DNA of 64,000 bases, from assembly GCA_964234715.1 (NCBI GenBank), contig OZ174280.1; one strand, 5' to 3'. Below are positions 1 through 13,469 of this stretch, piece after piece. The notes beneath the pieces are model-generated. The model ran no database searches. It was not told where the DNA came from and worked only from the letters and a program-made list of their open reading frames with translations. The stretch's first letter is position 1; each line of letters starts with the position of its first letter. This stretch comes from Podarcis melisellensis (taxonomy: Eukaryota). The position numbers and the translations under genes are program-made.

Positions 1-1696
1 TGTCCCCCAGCCCAGAAATAAGTCCAGTCCAGTTCAGTGGAATCTCTTCTTAGGTAAATGTGTATAGGAATACAGCCTTAGTTTCTCTTCTTTCACCAGC
101 TGAATGTGCTTCACGGTATTAGGCTGCTAACGTAGGGTGGATACGAAACTGCAGTGATGCCAATCTACATATTGCTTGGCTTCTAAGAAAACATTTTATT
201 TGTCTTTTCATCTACCATCTTAAAAGCATGCTTGGTTGTTCCAAGTTGACAAATTTACATGACTGAATGTTATTTCAGTAACTGTCAATGAACCAAAATA
301 ATTACTGAGTATGTCCGTCCTAGAAATAATCAAATTCAATGGAATGTGTGCGAATAAATGTACTCTTGAGATATTTGTAGAACGTGTAAAGCAACATCCC
401 CAACATCACAAAATTAAGCAGATTCCATTTCTGTGAAGTATTTAACCAATTAGGTTTAAAATAATTTCTGAAATGATGAAGAATAGCTTGGCTTTCTTTT
501 TTCATGTAATTAATTTAAAAATCTATTTTAGTTTTCCTTCAGTCTCTTCCAGCTCTGCTTGCTATTAATTATTTGTCAGTTGCTAATAACGTCCATTCCA
601 CCCATCAACGAAAATGGATGACTAAAAAATAAATAAATCTAAAGTTAGATTGTTTATTTTATCACCATGTTTTTGCCTCTGTTAAACAGACTTCTATTTT
701 AAAGCAACAGCAACAACAATACTTTTAACTTTAGAAATGATTTGACACTGGATTGATATAATTTGACAATGAATTACATAATGGCATTATTGTTTTATCT
801 TGCATAAAGTATGAAACATTAGAACCTTGCAGTCTGTTTTTCCTCTTTGGTACTTGCATTGAAACAGGATCTGGCAATCTCAGAGTGAAATGTAGGTTTC
901 AGAAGCTTGTCACTTGCTCTATTGTTTTGATATATTTAGCAGAACTATTTTGGTCTCCTCCCCCCCCCATCTCTTCCCCTCCCCTTCCCCTTCCCCATGT
1001 CTTGTTTTCCCCATAGCTATTAGGAGTTTTGGGGTTCACACCTATGCATAACATGCTGTTCATGTGAATTAGGATGGGAAATGTGTTGAAATAACACACA
1101 GAAATGTCCACCTGGCAGCAAATTCTGCCAACTGTAGTGAAAGGGACAAGAGAGCAGAGAAGCTTTTGCAAACTTGTAGATCAAATCCTTAAATATCCAA
1201 AGCACTGTTACGATGGTGATGATGATTAAATGAATTTGTGTCCTGCTTTCTAGAAACGTATCCCCCACAAAGTATCAAGCATAGTACACAGTTTTTAAAA
1301 TCCCAAAAAGCAAAACCAAAGCACAATGTACACCTACAAAAGAAATGCATGTTCATATTTCTGTAAATAGCCCTGAGTGTTTCAACATCACTGCCCCCTG
1401 CTACATCTCCCGCTTCCCAAAAGCTGCTCCTAAATTTGGGGGCTCTTCATATCCCAGCCCCTCTGGTGAGCAAGTACAGGGGCCTTCTTTGAATCAGAGC
1501 TCGGCTCCTTTGTGGGAAGTTTAAAATTATATCTGTGGTCATGCACATGTTTATATTAGTTAATTATCATACAACAGGAGAATGAAACCTTTTGTGGGCT
1601 TTCACACCAAATCCCACATCCCTGGTTCTGTTATGGGGTATGGCTTTCTCTCTTATAGCCATATCCTGCACATCACTTGTTAATACAGGGCTTTCA

Positions 1697-2085
1697 GGGA
1701 TGCGGGTGGCGCTTTGGTCTAGACCACTGAGCCTCTTGGGCTTGCCGATCAGAAGGTTGGTGATTAGAAACTGCACAATAGGGTGAGCTCCCATTGTTCT
1801 GTGCCAGCTCCTGATAACCTAGCTGTTCGAAAGCTTGCCAATGGAAGTAGATAAATAGGTACCTCTGTGGAGGGAAGGTAAATGGTGTTTCTGTGCGCTC
1901 TGGTTTCTGTCATGGTGTTCCGTTGCACCAGAAGTGGTTGAGTCATGCTGGCCACATGACCCGGAAAGCTGTCTGTGGACAAACGCCGGCTCTCTCGGCC
2001 TGAAAGCGAGATGAGCACCACAACCCCATAGTCTCCTTTGACTGGACTTAACCATCCAAGGGTCCTTTACCTTTTTTACTTTACC
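1697..2085 (+). mobile_element. Sauria SINE, older full-length copy
   Basis: tRNA-like head gggatgcgggtggcgc, body motifs agtagataaataggtacc and ggccacatgacccgg, ACCTTT-type tail. TSD taatacagggctt(t)ca at 1681-1696 and 2086-2100. Confidence 0.9.
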
Positions 2086-5000
2086 TAATACAGGGCTTCA
2101 CCAGCCAGGCTAGCCTGCTTCAGGTTTAGGTAAAAATTAGTCTGAGAAAGCATTCCCTTTTCAGATTCCCTGACCTGGTACCCTCCAGGTATCGTAGGCT
2201 AGAACTCCAGCCATCCACAACCACCATTGCCAATGGACAGGCATGATGAAAACTGTAGTACAAAATGCCTGTATGGTGCCAGTTTGGGGAACATTGCTTT
2301 AGAGACTGTGGCACACAGATCAAGCTGCTACCCCTTTTGTGTCTTCTCTTTTAATCACCCTTGGGAAGCACATGACACTCACACAACCCCAATTTGTTAA
2401 ATTTCTTCCCTCTGTCGCCTTCATGGCACCATTTGAGAAGCAAACATTTATATGCTGAGATATTTTGTTGAATCAGAACTTCCATTCATAAGAGATGGGG
2501 ACAGATATTTAGTGTTGCTTACCTGCACCCTAATTTGCTCCCATCTCAAGGTCCTATATCATTTTGGTTGACTCGTCCATAACAATGGGAATAAATTACA
2601 TGTCGCATGGATCCAAGTGGCATTCCTAGTTGTGCCTTTGAAAGTCAGACTTCAGCTTCTGCTATAGATACATTGTACAGATGGTTTTTTAATGTATAAA
2701 GCATTGTGCAGATGGTTTTGATGTATAATTCATGATTGCTCCTGAGTCTTCCCACTGCTAAGGGCACTCTATTGTTCATCCTTTCTTTTTTATGTTTTAG
2801 CTTATATGATTGTTATTGCCCCTCTGCCTTGCTTACAATCTTCTGTATTGCTCTACAAAAGTCATTTATTAAGACATGAGTTATGTCTACCAAAGTGCTG
2901 TGCTTTTCTATATCCCAGCTTGGCACGGCGACACATGTAATTTAGAAATGAGTGCTATGTAAGAAGCCCTTTTTACATATTGGATTTTAGAAGGAAGGCT
3001 GCAGCTTAGAAGGTATTAGCAGAGAGATTTATGATTGTGCAGTGCTATATTGTGGTGGAGATTTTAATTTGTGGAATAGGTCACTGAAGCTCAGAAAAGG
3101 CACCTGTAGCTATTTGTGTTAATTTAACAAAAGAATCCAGCAGGGTGTTAGTCCATAACTTAATTTCCTTGAGTATAATATTTAACCTGACATTACAGTT
3201 TGTGCCTGTATAGTGTAACCAGAAGCTGCTTCCATTCTGATTTTATGTAGTTTAAGTTCTGATCCCAGGACTGTGGAGAGCTGAAATTGACATCCTCTTA
3301 TATATATTGGCGTTCTTCCCATGCACAGAAGTCTGCAGGTTTCAGTTGATGCTGAATGCCACATGGATACTCCCATATAGTGATGGGAACAAGTCTAGCT
3401 GCCTTCTAGGCTCCCTTGCTCCCCACACCTCTCTTCCGGCAGGGCCATGCAGAAGAGTTTCACCTAAGTATTGTTCTTAATGACAGCTTGCCATGTCATT
3501 TGAACCCAATAAAGGGTGGGTAATCCTAAATATGTTTTTTTAAAAAACAAACAAACCCATGGTTTATGTAGTCAGCATTTCAACAAATGATACTTAAGAT
3601 TAACCACAGTTCAGGTTTAAAGGTAATACAGAGTTGTGGTTAATTAAAATAAGAAGCAAACCCTTCCAATCTCCTCTTTGTGGCTGCCTTAGAGGAGTAG
3701 AGGAATGGGAAAGCATGCAAGCTCAGGGAGAGGCTAGTCTCTTCCCCTGTCGTGGGAAACCATAGTTTATCATGATGCCCAAATACTGTCATTGTTTCTT
3801 AGCCACAATTTGAGGAGCTGATTTCAACCTAAACATCATAGCATCTTCTCTTCTATTTTCCATTGTGCTCTTCAAGCCTTAACTCGGAGCAACCTCTTAA
3901 GATCAAGATAGTTTGCATGGGAAAACAGGCGTTCCCATTGACTGTTCTGTTCACCTGGAGTATCAGATGCACAATGGAGCCTTTTTATTATGGCTGGTGT
4001 GATTTGGAGAAGTCTGTGTAAGCTGGTTGAGATTTTTAGATCATGCTTTCCTTGTTTTTAAATATAAAATCCTTTCACTCACCCCTTTCCTACTAGGACT
4101 GCAATGTCCCCTTGAGGCAGCAGCCTTTCTTTTGAACTTTCTGAAATGTGCCTGCTGCTGGAACTGTAGCAAGAGAGAAGTCACCATGAATAGTTCACTT
4201 AACTAGTATTCAGCAGATACAGTTCTCTCTCTGTTTAGCCAAAGGCTGCTTTGCATTTCCCTGAAACAGTTGTTTCATGTTATCTCTGTTCCTCCTCTGT
4301 AAAATGGCAATCGTCCTTACCATATTCTGTTTCTACCAAGCTGCTGTAAATACAAAAGCCTTTTACAGATCACATTGCTAAGCATTATAAAAATACTGAA
4401 ACAGGGAAGTACTTCACAGATAAACGGCAATGTGTTTTATTTATAAGACCCCTTTGTTTTAGAGCAAAAGCAGCTTCAGAACAGATTAGGCCACATCCCA
4501 ACATAGATTTAAGCACCTATTGATTTCAATAGAAAGTGCACCTTCTTTTGACTTGCTGCATTTCAGAGTCCCTCTGTTTTATTTGATGGTCCTAATGTAT
4601 TCATTCAAAATGGCACCCTGCCATTGCGTAATGGTTGGCTGCATGAATGCTACATAACAATCCAGGATGCTCTTTGCATAACCCTCTATGTAAAAGAGAG
4701 GAGACATGAAAATTACATTCATATAGTTCAATGGAAACAAGCTAGCCATTTCTCAGTGATGAATTAGAGGACCAGAAATAAACTGGAGGGCTAAGAACTC
4801 CACTTCCGACCAGTTAATTTCATGAGGCAGAAGACAAATAAGGCACAAATCTGCTGATGTTTCCAAAGTTTGTTGTTGTTGCCATGCTCTCAAGAGTGGG
4901 AGGGGTGCTAGTAAGTGCCGTACAAATAACACATTTATCCTGCTGCAGTTGCCAACTTTCTGAAGTGAATGTGAAAAGTGAAGATAACAGCAAAGTTGCA

Positions 5001-5339
5001 ATCACTTTAAGTTGCCAGAAAGAGGTTTCTGGAAATTATCAAACGCTCTTGTTAAAAACCAATAATTGATGAGATTGCTGTTTTCTTTGTAAGAAGTAGT
5101 TAATAGGCCACTGTTATCGCCTACAGTTTGTATATTTGGTATATTCAGGTGCAATATTTTGAACCTTTCCTTCATTTTAACAACACCATTTGAAACGAAG
5201 TGGTTATAGCAGGGTCCTTGTGATGCAATATATTTTTGCTCTTAGTCCTTGAAGTGTTTTGTTTTTCAGACAGCCTCACTTTCTTCATTTTGTGAGATGA
5301 TTTACAGTTCCTTCTGCTTGGCCTCTTCCTCAATGCCAT

Positions 5340-5560
5340 GCTTTCTTTCATTATAAATCTATCGAGTGGATGAAGCAGTATAAAACCCTTTCCAGAAATC
5401 CAGATAAATTATATCCACTCTTCTACCAGTGTGGAGATACACTCAAGAAATTCAGCAAATTTGTCATACATGATCTCCCTTTAAATAACCTCTTCTTACT
5501 GACCCTTAACTGTTCACTGAAACCAGAATGCTTTATCACTGCGATAACTGATGGGTGAAA
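5340..5560 (-). mobile_element. CR1 RT fragment
   Basis: Minus-strand FKGRSCMTNLLNF and VDIIYLDFWKGF resemble the CR1 RT motifs GRSCLTNLLEF and VDxxYLDFxKAF. Confidence 0.75.
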
Positions 5561-5639
5561 TTTTGCAATCAGAAATCCTTCTAGGAAAGAAACTTTGATC
5601 TGATTGTTTCTCAGATCCAAGGTTGCTAGAATGGATGGA

Positions 5640-5723
5640 AATGGATGGGGTTCAAAGCCATCTCTACAATATGCAGCTAATGGGTGGGGTTCAAAGCCAT
5701 CTCTACAATATGCAGCTAATGGG
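5640..5723. repeat. 39-bp tandem duplication (about 2.2 units)
   Basis: aatgg(a/g)tggggttcaaagccatctctacaatatgcagct at 5640 and 5679. Confidence 0.95.
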
Positions 5724-6834
5724 GCATGGCCTCTAGACATGCTGGGGCACCAGCATATTGTGAGAGTTCTGTTTTCTGCACTTGCCTCAGAAGTACCAAT
5801 GCAAGGCTTCTTCCTACCCTGGACAGCTCCATGCAGGGCTCTGAGTAGGGCTCAGCTGTTGCTCCAAGGGCAAACATACTCAGTCTGAACCTTCAATAAG
5901 CACCTCTTAACTCTCAGTTGCTAGTTCCTTTAGTGAGAAAAGTGTCTCTGTTTAAAAGGGCCCATTTTGCTTTAGCAGTCATTGACTCCAACAGAGCAGG
6001 AGCCACTAGGGCTTCTGAGCTCAAGTCCTCAGCGTCAGAAGAGGGCAGCACATCATCCTCTGCCTGCAAAGACACTGGCACAAAAGGCTTCTCTTGCTTT
6101 TGGCTGCTTATATGCCTCTTGAAATAGCCCTGACATCTGTTTCCTCTCTCACTCCAAATCACTAGCCTCTTGAGAGAGAGGTGTCTTGACACCAGGATCA
6201 TGGCAGTATAGTTTCATATTAGGAGGACGCATTGATACAACACTACGAGTGATGAACTTTAAAGATGGTGTAATTTGGTTTAGGTTAACTTCCTTCATAC
6301 CCTGTCTCCATTAGTGTTTCTTTGGGCCTAGAATAACGCTCCCCTCAAATCCCACTTTCTATGCAGCTATACTTGTTGCTACTCCACATTCTTTTGCTTT
6401 AGCTGGTCTTCATAATCAATACACTTTTGTAGCCACTTCTGTTCTCTTTGTGTTTGGCTTCTTTTCTGGGCTCTGCTAGTCGCAGCCTTTACACAGCAGC
6501 GGCAGCTGCCTCAGTTCTTGGCTGACCGGGCATTGTGCTTATTCCCAGTCTTCAATCTCCTTTCCACTTTCGGCACCACCTCTAGACTTCCTCCTTTTCC
6601 TCCTCTTCTCCCTGCTTTGCCTTTTCACTAACATACTGTGTTTTGGGGCTGGTTTATGCTTCTAATGCTTTCTTATCCTGTGGCAAGCTCACAATGCCCA
6701 TCTTTTGTAAGTTTTGGTTTGATTTTTATCTGCTTTTAATTTGTTGTGGGGGTTTATAGTTTTGATGTATAACCAACTATGTTTCTTAGTCACCATGGGG
6801 GAACACACATTATAAAGGATAGTATAGAATTCAA

Positions 6835-6895
6835 TACATACGTACGTACATACATACATACGTACGTATGTACATACATACATACATACATACAT
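6835..6895. repeat. (TACA/TACG)n tetranucleotide microsatellite
   Basis: Direct read. Confidence 0.9.
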
Positions 6896-9800
6896 AGTCT
6901 TTGCACCTAGCCTACTTGCTACTAAATTCTGAAATAGTGTAATCATTAAGGGAAACTATGGCTTACAATTCAAATGTTTCCTCCTCTTCCTCTTCCTCTT
7001 CCTCCTCCTCCCTTTCCTTCCTTCCACACTGTACACCAGCTCTGTACTTGCTAAGAAAGTGAAAAATGCACTCTGTCTTCTGCTTTTCAGATTGGGCCAC
7101 AGTAGGGATTCTCTTAGACCACAGGGCAGCTTGTATAAAAGAAACACTTTTCAGTACTGCTGACACTGTTAGAAAGCTTACTGAAGCAATTGAAGGCAGA
7201 ACCATTTCCCCAAGAATCCATGTATGAAGGTCAGTTACCACCTTGACTTTCTCACTGATTCAAAGAAACAGTGAGGGGGGGAGGGGATATGCTCTCTCGC
7301 TGAACCAGCTATGACATAAATCCCTCAGCATAATCATTCTATTTGTACAGGCAAGCACTTGTCTCCCTGTGTAGTTTGCTGCTTGATTCTTAAACTTAAA
7401 CCGGAACACAGGTAACTGTGAAGACACTCCAGCCCAATAATTGGTTGATCACTACATCGTGCTAATGAACTCCTCAGAGACCTCTGGCTGAACTGAATGG
7501 CCTTCTGACTTGATTTAGCAGGCCATGTCTTCTGTGGATATTGTTATTCCAGAAAAACTGTAGCCTTGTTCGGTTATTTCAAAATTGTATTTGTGGAGGG
7601 TCCTGCTTGTTCCACCTTGGCCTTCAGGAAGGTCTGGAGGAGGTTTGTAACTATGTGTGTGTAGCTCAACAAGGCTACAGTCCTCCTATAATCACAGGTT
7701 CCTGATCTCAGGGAGCACTGTAACTGCATTTAATCTCCCCTTTCAGACCTGTCTGCTCAGCTAGGGTAACTTGAGAATGTAGGGGGACAAGTTTTACACT
7801 CAGAGCCCACAACCCCTCCATGGATTCAATGCCTGAAAAGCGCATGCTGTTCAATCTGGCCTTTAATATCCCTTTATGTTTAAGAATCACTTTTAACGTT
7901 ATGAATTTCCTCTTCTAATTCCCACAGGGGGAGGGGAATATAAAAACTACCTATTCATAGTGTCACATCACAATAGGAGGATCAAGCTGAGAAGCTTTCT
8001 TCAGATGCAGTTTTTCTGTCTGAGAAATAGATTTATCTGTGCAGTCATGGTGCATGGCAACCCCTATGCCGTTTTGGACACTTCTTCCTACGTGGAAGTG
8101 TTACCGGAACTTCACAGCCTTTTGAAGCAGCTCTTAAGATTTTGAAGTGGATCTGACATCTTCACTGCCTTACTTTCAGGCGGGTCAGTGCCATTAATAT
8201 AAATGAATTCATTACATTGTAAGCTTGGGGGCAGACGGGTCCTTCTTTATCTTTCGTCTATCTATAGCGCCTAGTATAGTGTAGGTGCCTTATAAATACT
8301 AAATGATAGTGATAATTACTCCATTGGTGTAAGATGAATATATTCAGATTTATACTAGTGCTAGAAGTGATTTAGTTCACCTTCATTTATCTTCCTTTTT
8401 AAAAAAAATGATTGCATTAATAGACTGTTACAGAAGCACATATACTAGCTGGTCTATAGCTTGACATTTTTCATATGAGCAACCCTGCTGAAATTAATAA
8501 GGAAGATGAACAGGGTCTAGGCCCAAGGCCTATTAAATGTTATTATGCAGTAGATTTTTTAAAAGTAATAATTACATTTCTTTGTACTGATGTACTATTA
8601 CACTTCTTAAGTCTTTAAATGGTGTGTGTGCGCTCAGCATACACACACAAGCACACACAAAGATTCTCGCTTTTACAACACAAAAGGAAGAAGACATATG
8701 ACTGAGAAATATTGAAGAGGCTGATTGTGTTGAAAACAGAAATCTCCAGCACTGCTTAAATTCCTTTTACTTCCATGGAAGCTGTAATTTTGCAATTTTA
8801 TGAACAAGCCCCACCGAACTCAGTGTGGCTTAATTCTGAATAGACATGTATAGAACTGAGTAGACATGGATAGCAACAACCTGTAATGGAAGTGTTTGCT
8901 GATGCACTAGTTTGTCTGTTTTATAATGCAATTCTGCACCAAAGGTGTGCATTTCAATTTTAAAACATGCAAATGGGTGACTTGGACTGCCTTTGGGCAT
9001 ACCTATTAATGCAAAACTAGCTTATGAGTAAAACAATACCATAATAAACATTTGCTCTGACTAGCTCACATCTGTGCTGACAACTTTAGATTGAATGCTC
9101 ATTTCAAACTGAATGTGAGCAACTTACTGAGGCTATAGACTTTTCCAAGGCTAAATAAAGCATTAGGAAACATGCCAGATTTAGCTTCCTCTTTCAAGAA
9201 TGTGATGCCCTGAAGGAGACCTTTCAGTTGAATTTGCTAAGTATAAATCCTGTTATTTGATTAATTGTAACACGATGTTGAAAAAAATATATTATGCAGA
9301 TAGTCCTGTAGCAAGGTTCATCAAATCACATAAAGATTACGATAAAATACAAAGTCTTTGAAGATTTGCTAGTTTCTCTGGTTTGACTTCGACACCAGGT
9401 TGGCTGCCCCTGAATTAGAACTTAAAACATTTGTGGTACTTATTTATTCCCACTACTGGTGAGACTTGCTCCAAAGAGTCAGTTTCCTGCTTTTGGGGGG
9501 TTGGACTGGTGTAGATGTAGCAGAAAATGCCTGGTTAAATGCCAGGGTGTTTGCTTCAATAACTGGGGGAATCAGATGATAGACACAAACTAGTGCATTC
9601 ATGTACACTATTGAAGAGCTAACATCACATTCCAGTTCTTGATGTTCAGGCTGTATATTAATGGAAGCAGCTGAGCTACACAGATTTAGGTATCCCATGG
9701 TAAGTGCTGTCAGAGGTGGCATCTGACACATCAAAACCCATCGTTTCCTTCCTGGCCCTTGAGGAATTTTATGGAGTTAACTAGAAAAAGAATCTGAAAT

Positions 9801-11262
9801 AGGTAGAAAAAACAAGATGTGATTGATACACATAGTATTTATACGCATTGCTATTGCTTTCTAAAACACCCTCATAATTCCCTGTTCATGGTACACCTGA
9901 GCATTTGCACATCCCAGTTAATAACATCTTTATTTATTTCTCTGTGCAGCAATTTACTGGTTTTGCATATCAAATATCAACAGCCTGAAAGCAAACAATG
10001 TGCGAAATGCAAATGCTATATTTGATCTATGTTTTGTGGGTCAAGTGGCACAGCTACTTGATGATATTAAAAGTCTCAAAGCTGTGTAGTTGTTCATTAA
10101 CACTTTTGATATATTACCCACCAAATACCATTTCCTAATTGACAGGTACCTCTGCTGCCTGTCTTAGAAGGCAAACACATACTAATCATTTTAAGAAAAA
10201 CCTGCCTAGCAGATGAAGTGCACAGACTGACATTCACATCCAAAAATTTTGAGCAGTGACCTTTATGACTCTGTTTTCCGCAAGCAATTAATAGCACCGA
10301 ATTGGTTTTGCCACTACTATTTTCATGGTGTGAGTTATAGTAAAGATCTTTGTTATTACAAAGTAATGGAAGCAATATGTATGCACAGATACGGCTTTGA
10401 GCACAGAACCAAATGTTTATCGACACACTTTGCAAGAGCAGAATAACTGTTCCACATAGGTATGTCAATATGTATTTTTTTCTTACATACTTGCAGTTAG
10501 CTGTGATGTGACTGTGTGTAGCGAAACACCTACACTTTGACCGCTCAGGAAATTACTGCTACTACTATTAGTGTGCAGTACTAAAGCTGCTGTTAAGTAG
10601 TTCAGTGGCAGAGCACTTTCAGATGTAAGAATGAAGGTCAACCATCATACTCACGTTTGTTTCGTAATGCAGAAATGCTTTCCAGTTGAGATTGTTTGGG
10701 CCCTTGTGATTAGCTTTCTATAGGTTTTCCTCAGGTTCATCTCTGCTGATGCATTTGAGATTTGCTCTTGTATGATAATTTGTGCTCTCCTCAAGCTCTT
10801 TGATGTGGCTTTCGCCATTGTGCTAAGGAAATCGTTCCATCAATGCAAACTTTTCCGTTTGTCAAGCAGAATGATCTCCTCTTTCTTCCTGCCATGCACT
10901 GTTCCAGGGGTTCTCCGACCCTCCAGAGTGAATTTGAGAGAGGCAGGATCATGTAGGATGGGGGAAGCCCTATTGTGATAGCAAGGGTTCTTGTGCTGGC
11001 TTCCACTAACAGAACCAATAGGTCTACTGAGGGGGACATATGGGCTGTCCCTGCCCCACTGTCAGCATGTGCACTGGTCCTACCCACACCTCCTATCCCT
11101 GAGTTTGGCCAGGTTATACAAGGGCAAACCCTTCAGCAGTTAGGTTTCTCCTTTATGTGGAATAACTCAAGATACCAATGTGCATTGGTAGCTGCGTAGA
11201 GCCGCTTCACATACCAGCTGAATGTGCAGACAGTGATAAGCATGGGACAGGAGGTGGAGCTA

Positions 11263-11405
11263 GCCCAGTGTCCTTCAACCTTGGTTCCTCAAGTGTGATT
11301 AAACTACAACTCCTGTCGTACCTGGCCACTGGCTAAGCTGGCTAGGGGTAATGGCAGCTGCAGTCCAATAACATATAGGGACCCAGGTTTAGAGAACAGT
11401 GGGCT
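11263..11405. mobile_element. Degenerate copy of the same palindromic MITE group (similar remnants near 2150-2300, 21655-21760, 22886-22960, 49340-49480, 61685-61715)
   Basis: actacaactcc / ggccactggc..gctggctagggg..atgg..g.tg.agtcc cores. Confidence 0.6.
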
Positions 11406-12419
11406 AGCTTACATAGCTGCACAATGATGCTGAACCACGGCTGAAGGTTCATAGCTATTATGGGTGGTCGACTTTGAATCACCACCCTTTCTTTCTTCTG
11501 TGGCAGCATCACACATCCATCTTTGGATATACACCTCTTTGAGTTCTCTCCAGTGTTTTCTATTGTTGTGCTTGCTGCATCCACCTAAGGCTGACGTTAA
11601 TTTTAGATATTCCACCCCTTGGTCTTTTAAAATTGTAGGTTCTCCACACTAGCCGTGCTTTATTACTTCTATTTGTATATCATTCTCTTCTTTAAACATT
11701 AGTCTTAGCTAGAGCCATCTTCAGCCCACTGACCTCAGGTAAAATACTGTGTGCCAATATTAATTTCAGTTCCACATATTACATTGCCCATCACATAAGA
11801 CTTTGTTTACTTTTCCACCTACTTACTTTGGCCACTTTCCCATGGAATTATTCTCAAACTCCTGAAATGGTTAAGATAACCAACCATTACAGTTCTTCAT
11901 TTGGGATGTTATTTGTGAAGGGAACCCAGAAGAATTTTTTTCTCAAAGTTGTCCAAGGTAAGGAGAACAAAGCCACCGTCACAATTTCCTGTCTGTTTGA
12001 TTGATTTTTGCGAGTGACATACTAACTACTTTCTGTGAAAGTTAAAAGAGAACTTTTAAACAGCATTTCTTCATGTTTTATAACCTATTTATATCAGTCA
12101 AGAAGAGAGGGGCAGGGTGGAAGGAGGCAAGTCTTTCATTTTCAGTGTAGATTGAAGCTTCTAAGCTGCGATTGAAGTAAAAAAAGTTCAAATAAAGACA
12201 TTCATACACACACACTTACTGCTCTTAGTGTGAAGGATCTGAGGCATGGAACATCTGAGAGCTTAAAGGGTATTCACATGACTGCATTGTCTGCTACAGT
12301 CATTAGCACAAGGCACAATCCAACATGTTCTGAGAAATAGCGGATGATTAATGGCCTCAAAACAGGATTGCAGGAATCGCACAAAGGTCTTCTACCTCTT
12401 CATAATCCACACATACACA

Positions 12420-12450
12420 CAAACAAACAAACAAACAAACAAACAAACAA
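12420..12450. repeat. (AAAC)n microsatellite
   Basis: Direct read. Confidence 0.9.
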
Positions 12451-13469
12451 TTAAGACCCAGTTTCCCCCTAGATGACAGTATTGTTTTCTGAAACCCATG
12501 GCAGTTTAATTTATGATGGCATCTGAAATATTACTGAATTCAGAATGCAGTCCTATACCTACCTACCTGTGAATAAGTCTCATTGAATTCAATGGTACTT
12601 ACTCTTGAGTGGATATGTATAGGATTTTTTAGGGTGGGGGAGAAAGGAAGAAGAAGTCCCATTGTGAAAGCTGAACTTTGGCACTGGATCCAATCAATTT
12701 GATTTATATGGAGAGGTAGCTTAGTGATCAGAGCAGATGGAAGGACTAAATGCCACAGCAGGTTCTGGACCAGTGACTACTTGGTTGGAGATTCCACCAA
12801 CTCTGGCCAAAGAGAAAAGATCTCAGACAAGACAGAGGTTTACAGCATCCATTTGGCATCTCCTGACATCCAACACCCTTAACAGAGATTTTTTTTTTAA
12901 TTAAAAAAAATGAATACTATTTACTATTTGTTAGTTCAAACTGAACATTCCCATGGCAAAATATAAAATATATGTTTCAAAGCCCATAAAGAAGCAGTTA
13001 AACCAGATATCAAAAACCAGGAACATTAGAATAACAAAGAAATTAGAAGCAGTCCAGCAGTCAGGAAGCTCCCCTCAGCTGTGACCCTTCTCTCAACTTC
13101 GCCCGCCCCATATCCCTTTATCTTTTTCTTTTTTTCTGCATTTGACATCATTTCATCTCCTGCTTCACATCCTCAGATGCATTTAACTGTTGCCATGGCA
13201 CATTTTTATGCTTGCTTCCCTTGGATCCCAGGGCCTGTTGATTTTACTCAGTGTTACTTTTTTCTCTGCCTCTGTCACACAAACACCCTGCTGCTGCTGA
13301 CTCTGTATGAAGACACCTCCAATAACACATTTCAGAGACTCATCTTTCCTTGAACTATCTGTTTACAGATTTAAGCCATCACAAACTGATGTGTTTCTGG
13401 TTGCACCCTGATTTAGTCAAACTTCCTTAGGGAAGGTATTCCAGTCACCAAGGGATGAAAGAAAAGAAA

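Noticed and set aside
1388-1404. CTCF-like motif (minus strand tagcagggggcagtg; another near 24148-24161)
   Set aside because: Imperfect single short matches are expected by chance in 64 kb; would need ChIP or conservation data.
5914-6201. 95-aa acidic/Ser-rich ORF
   Set aside because: No recognisable motif or clear splice context; length is within chance expectation.
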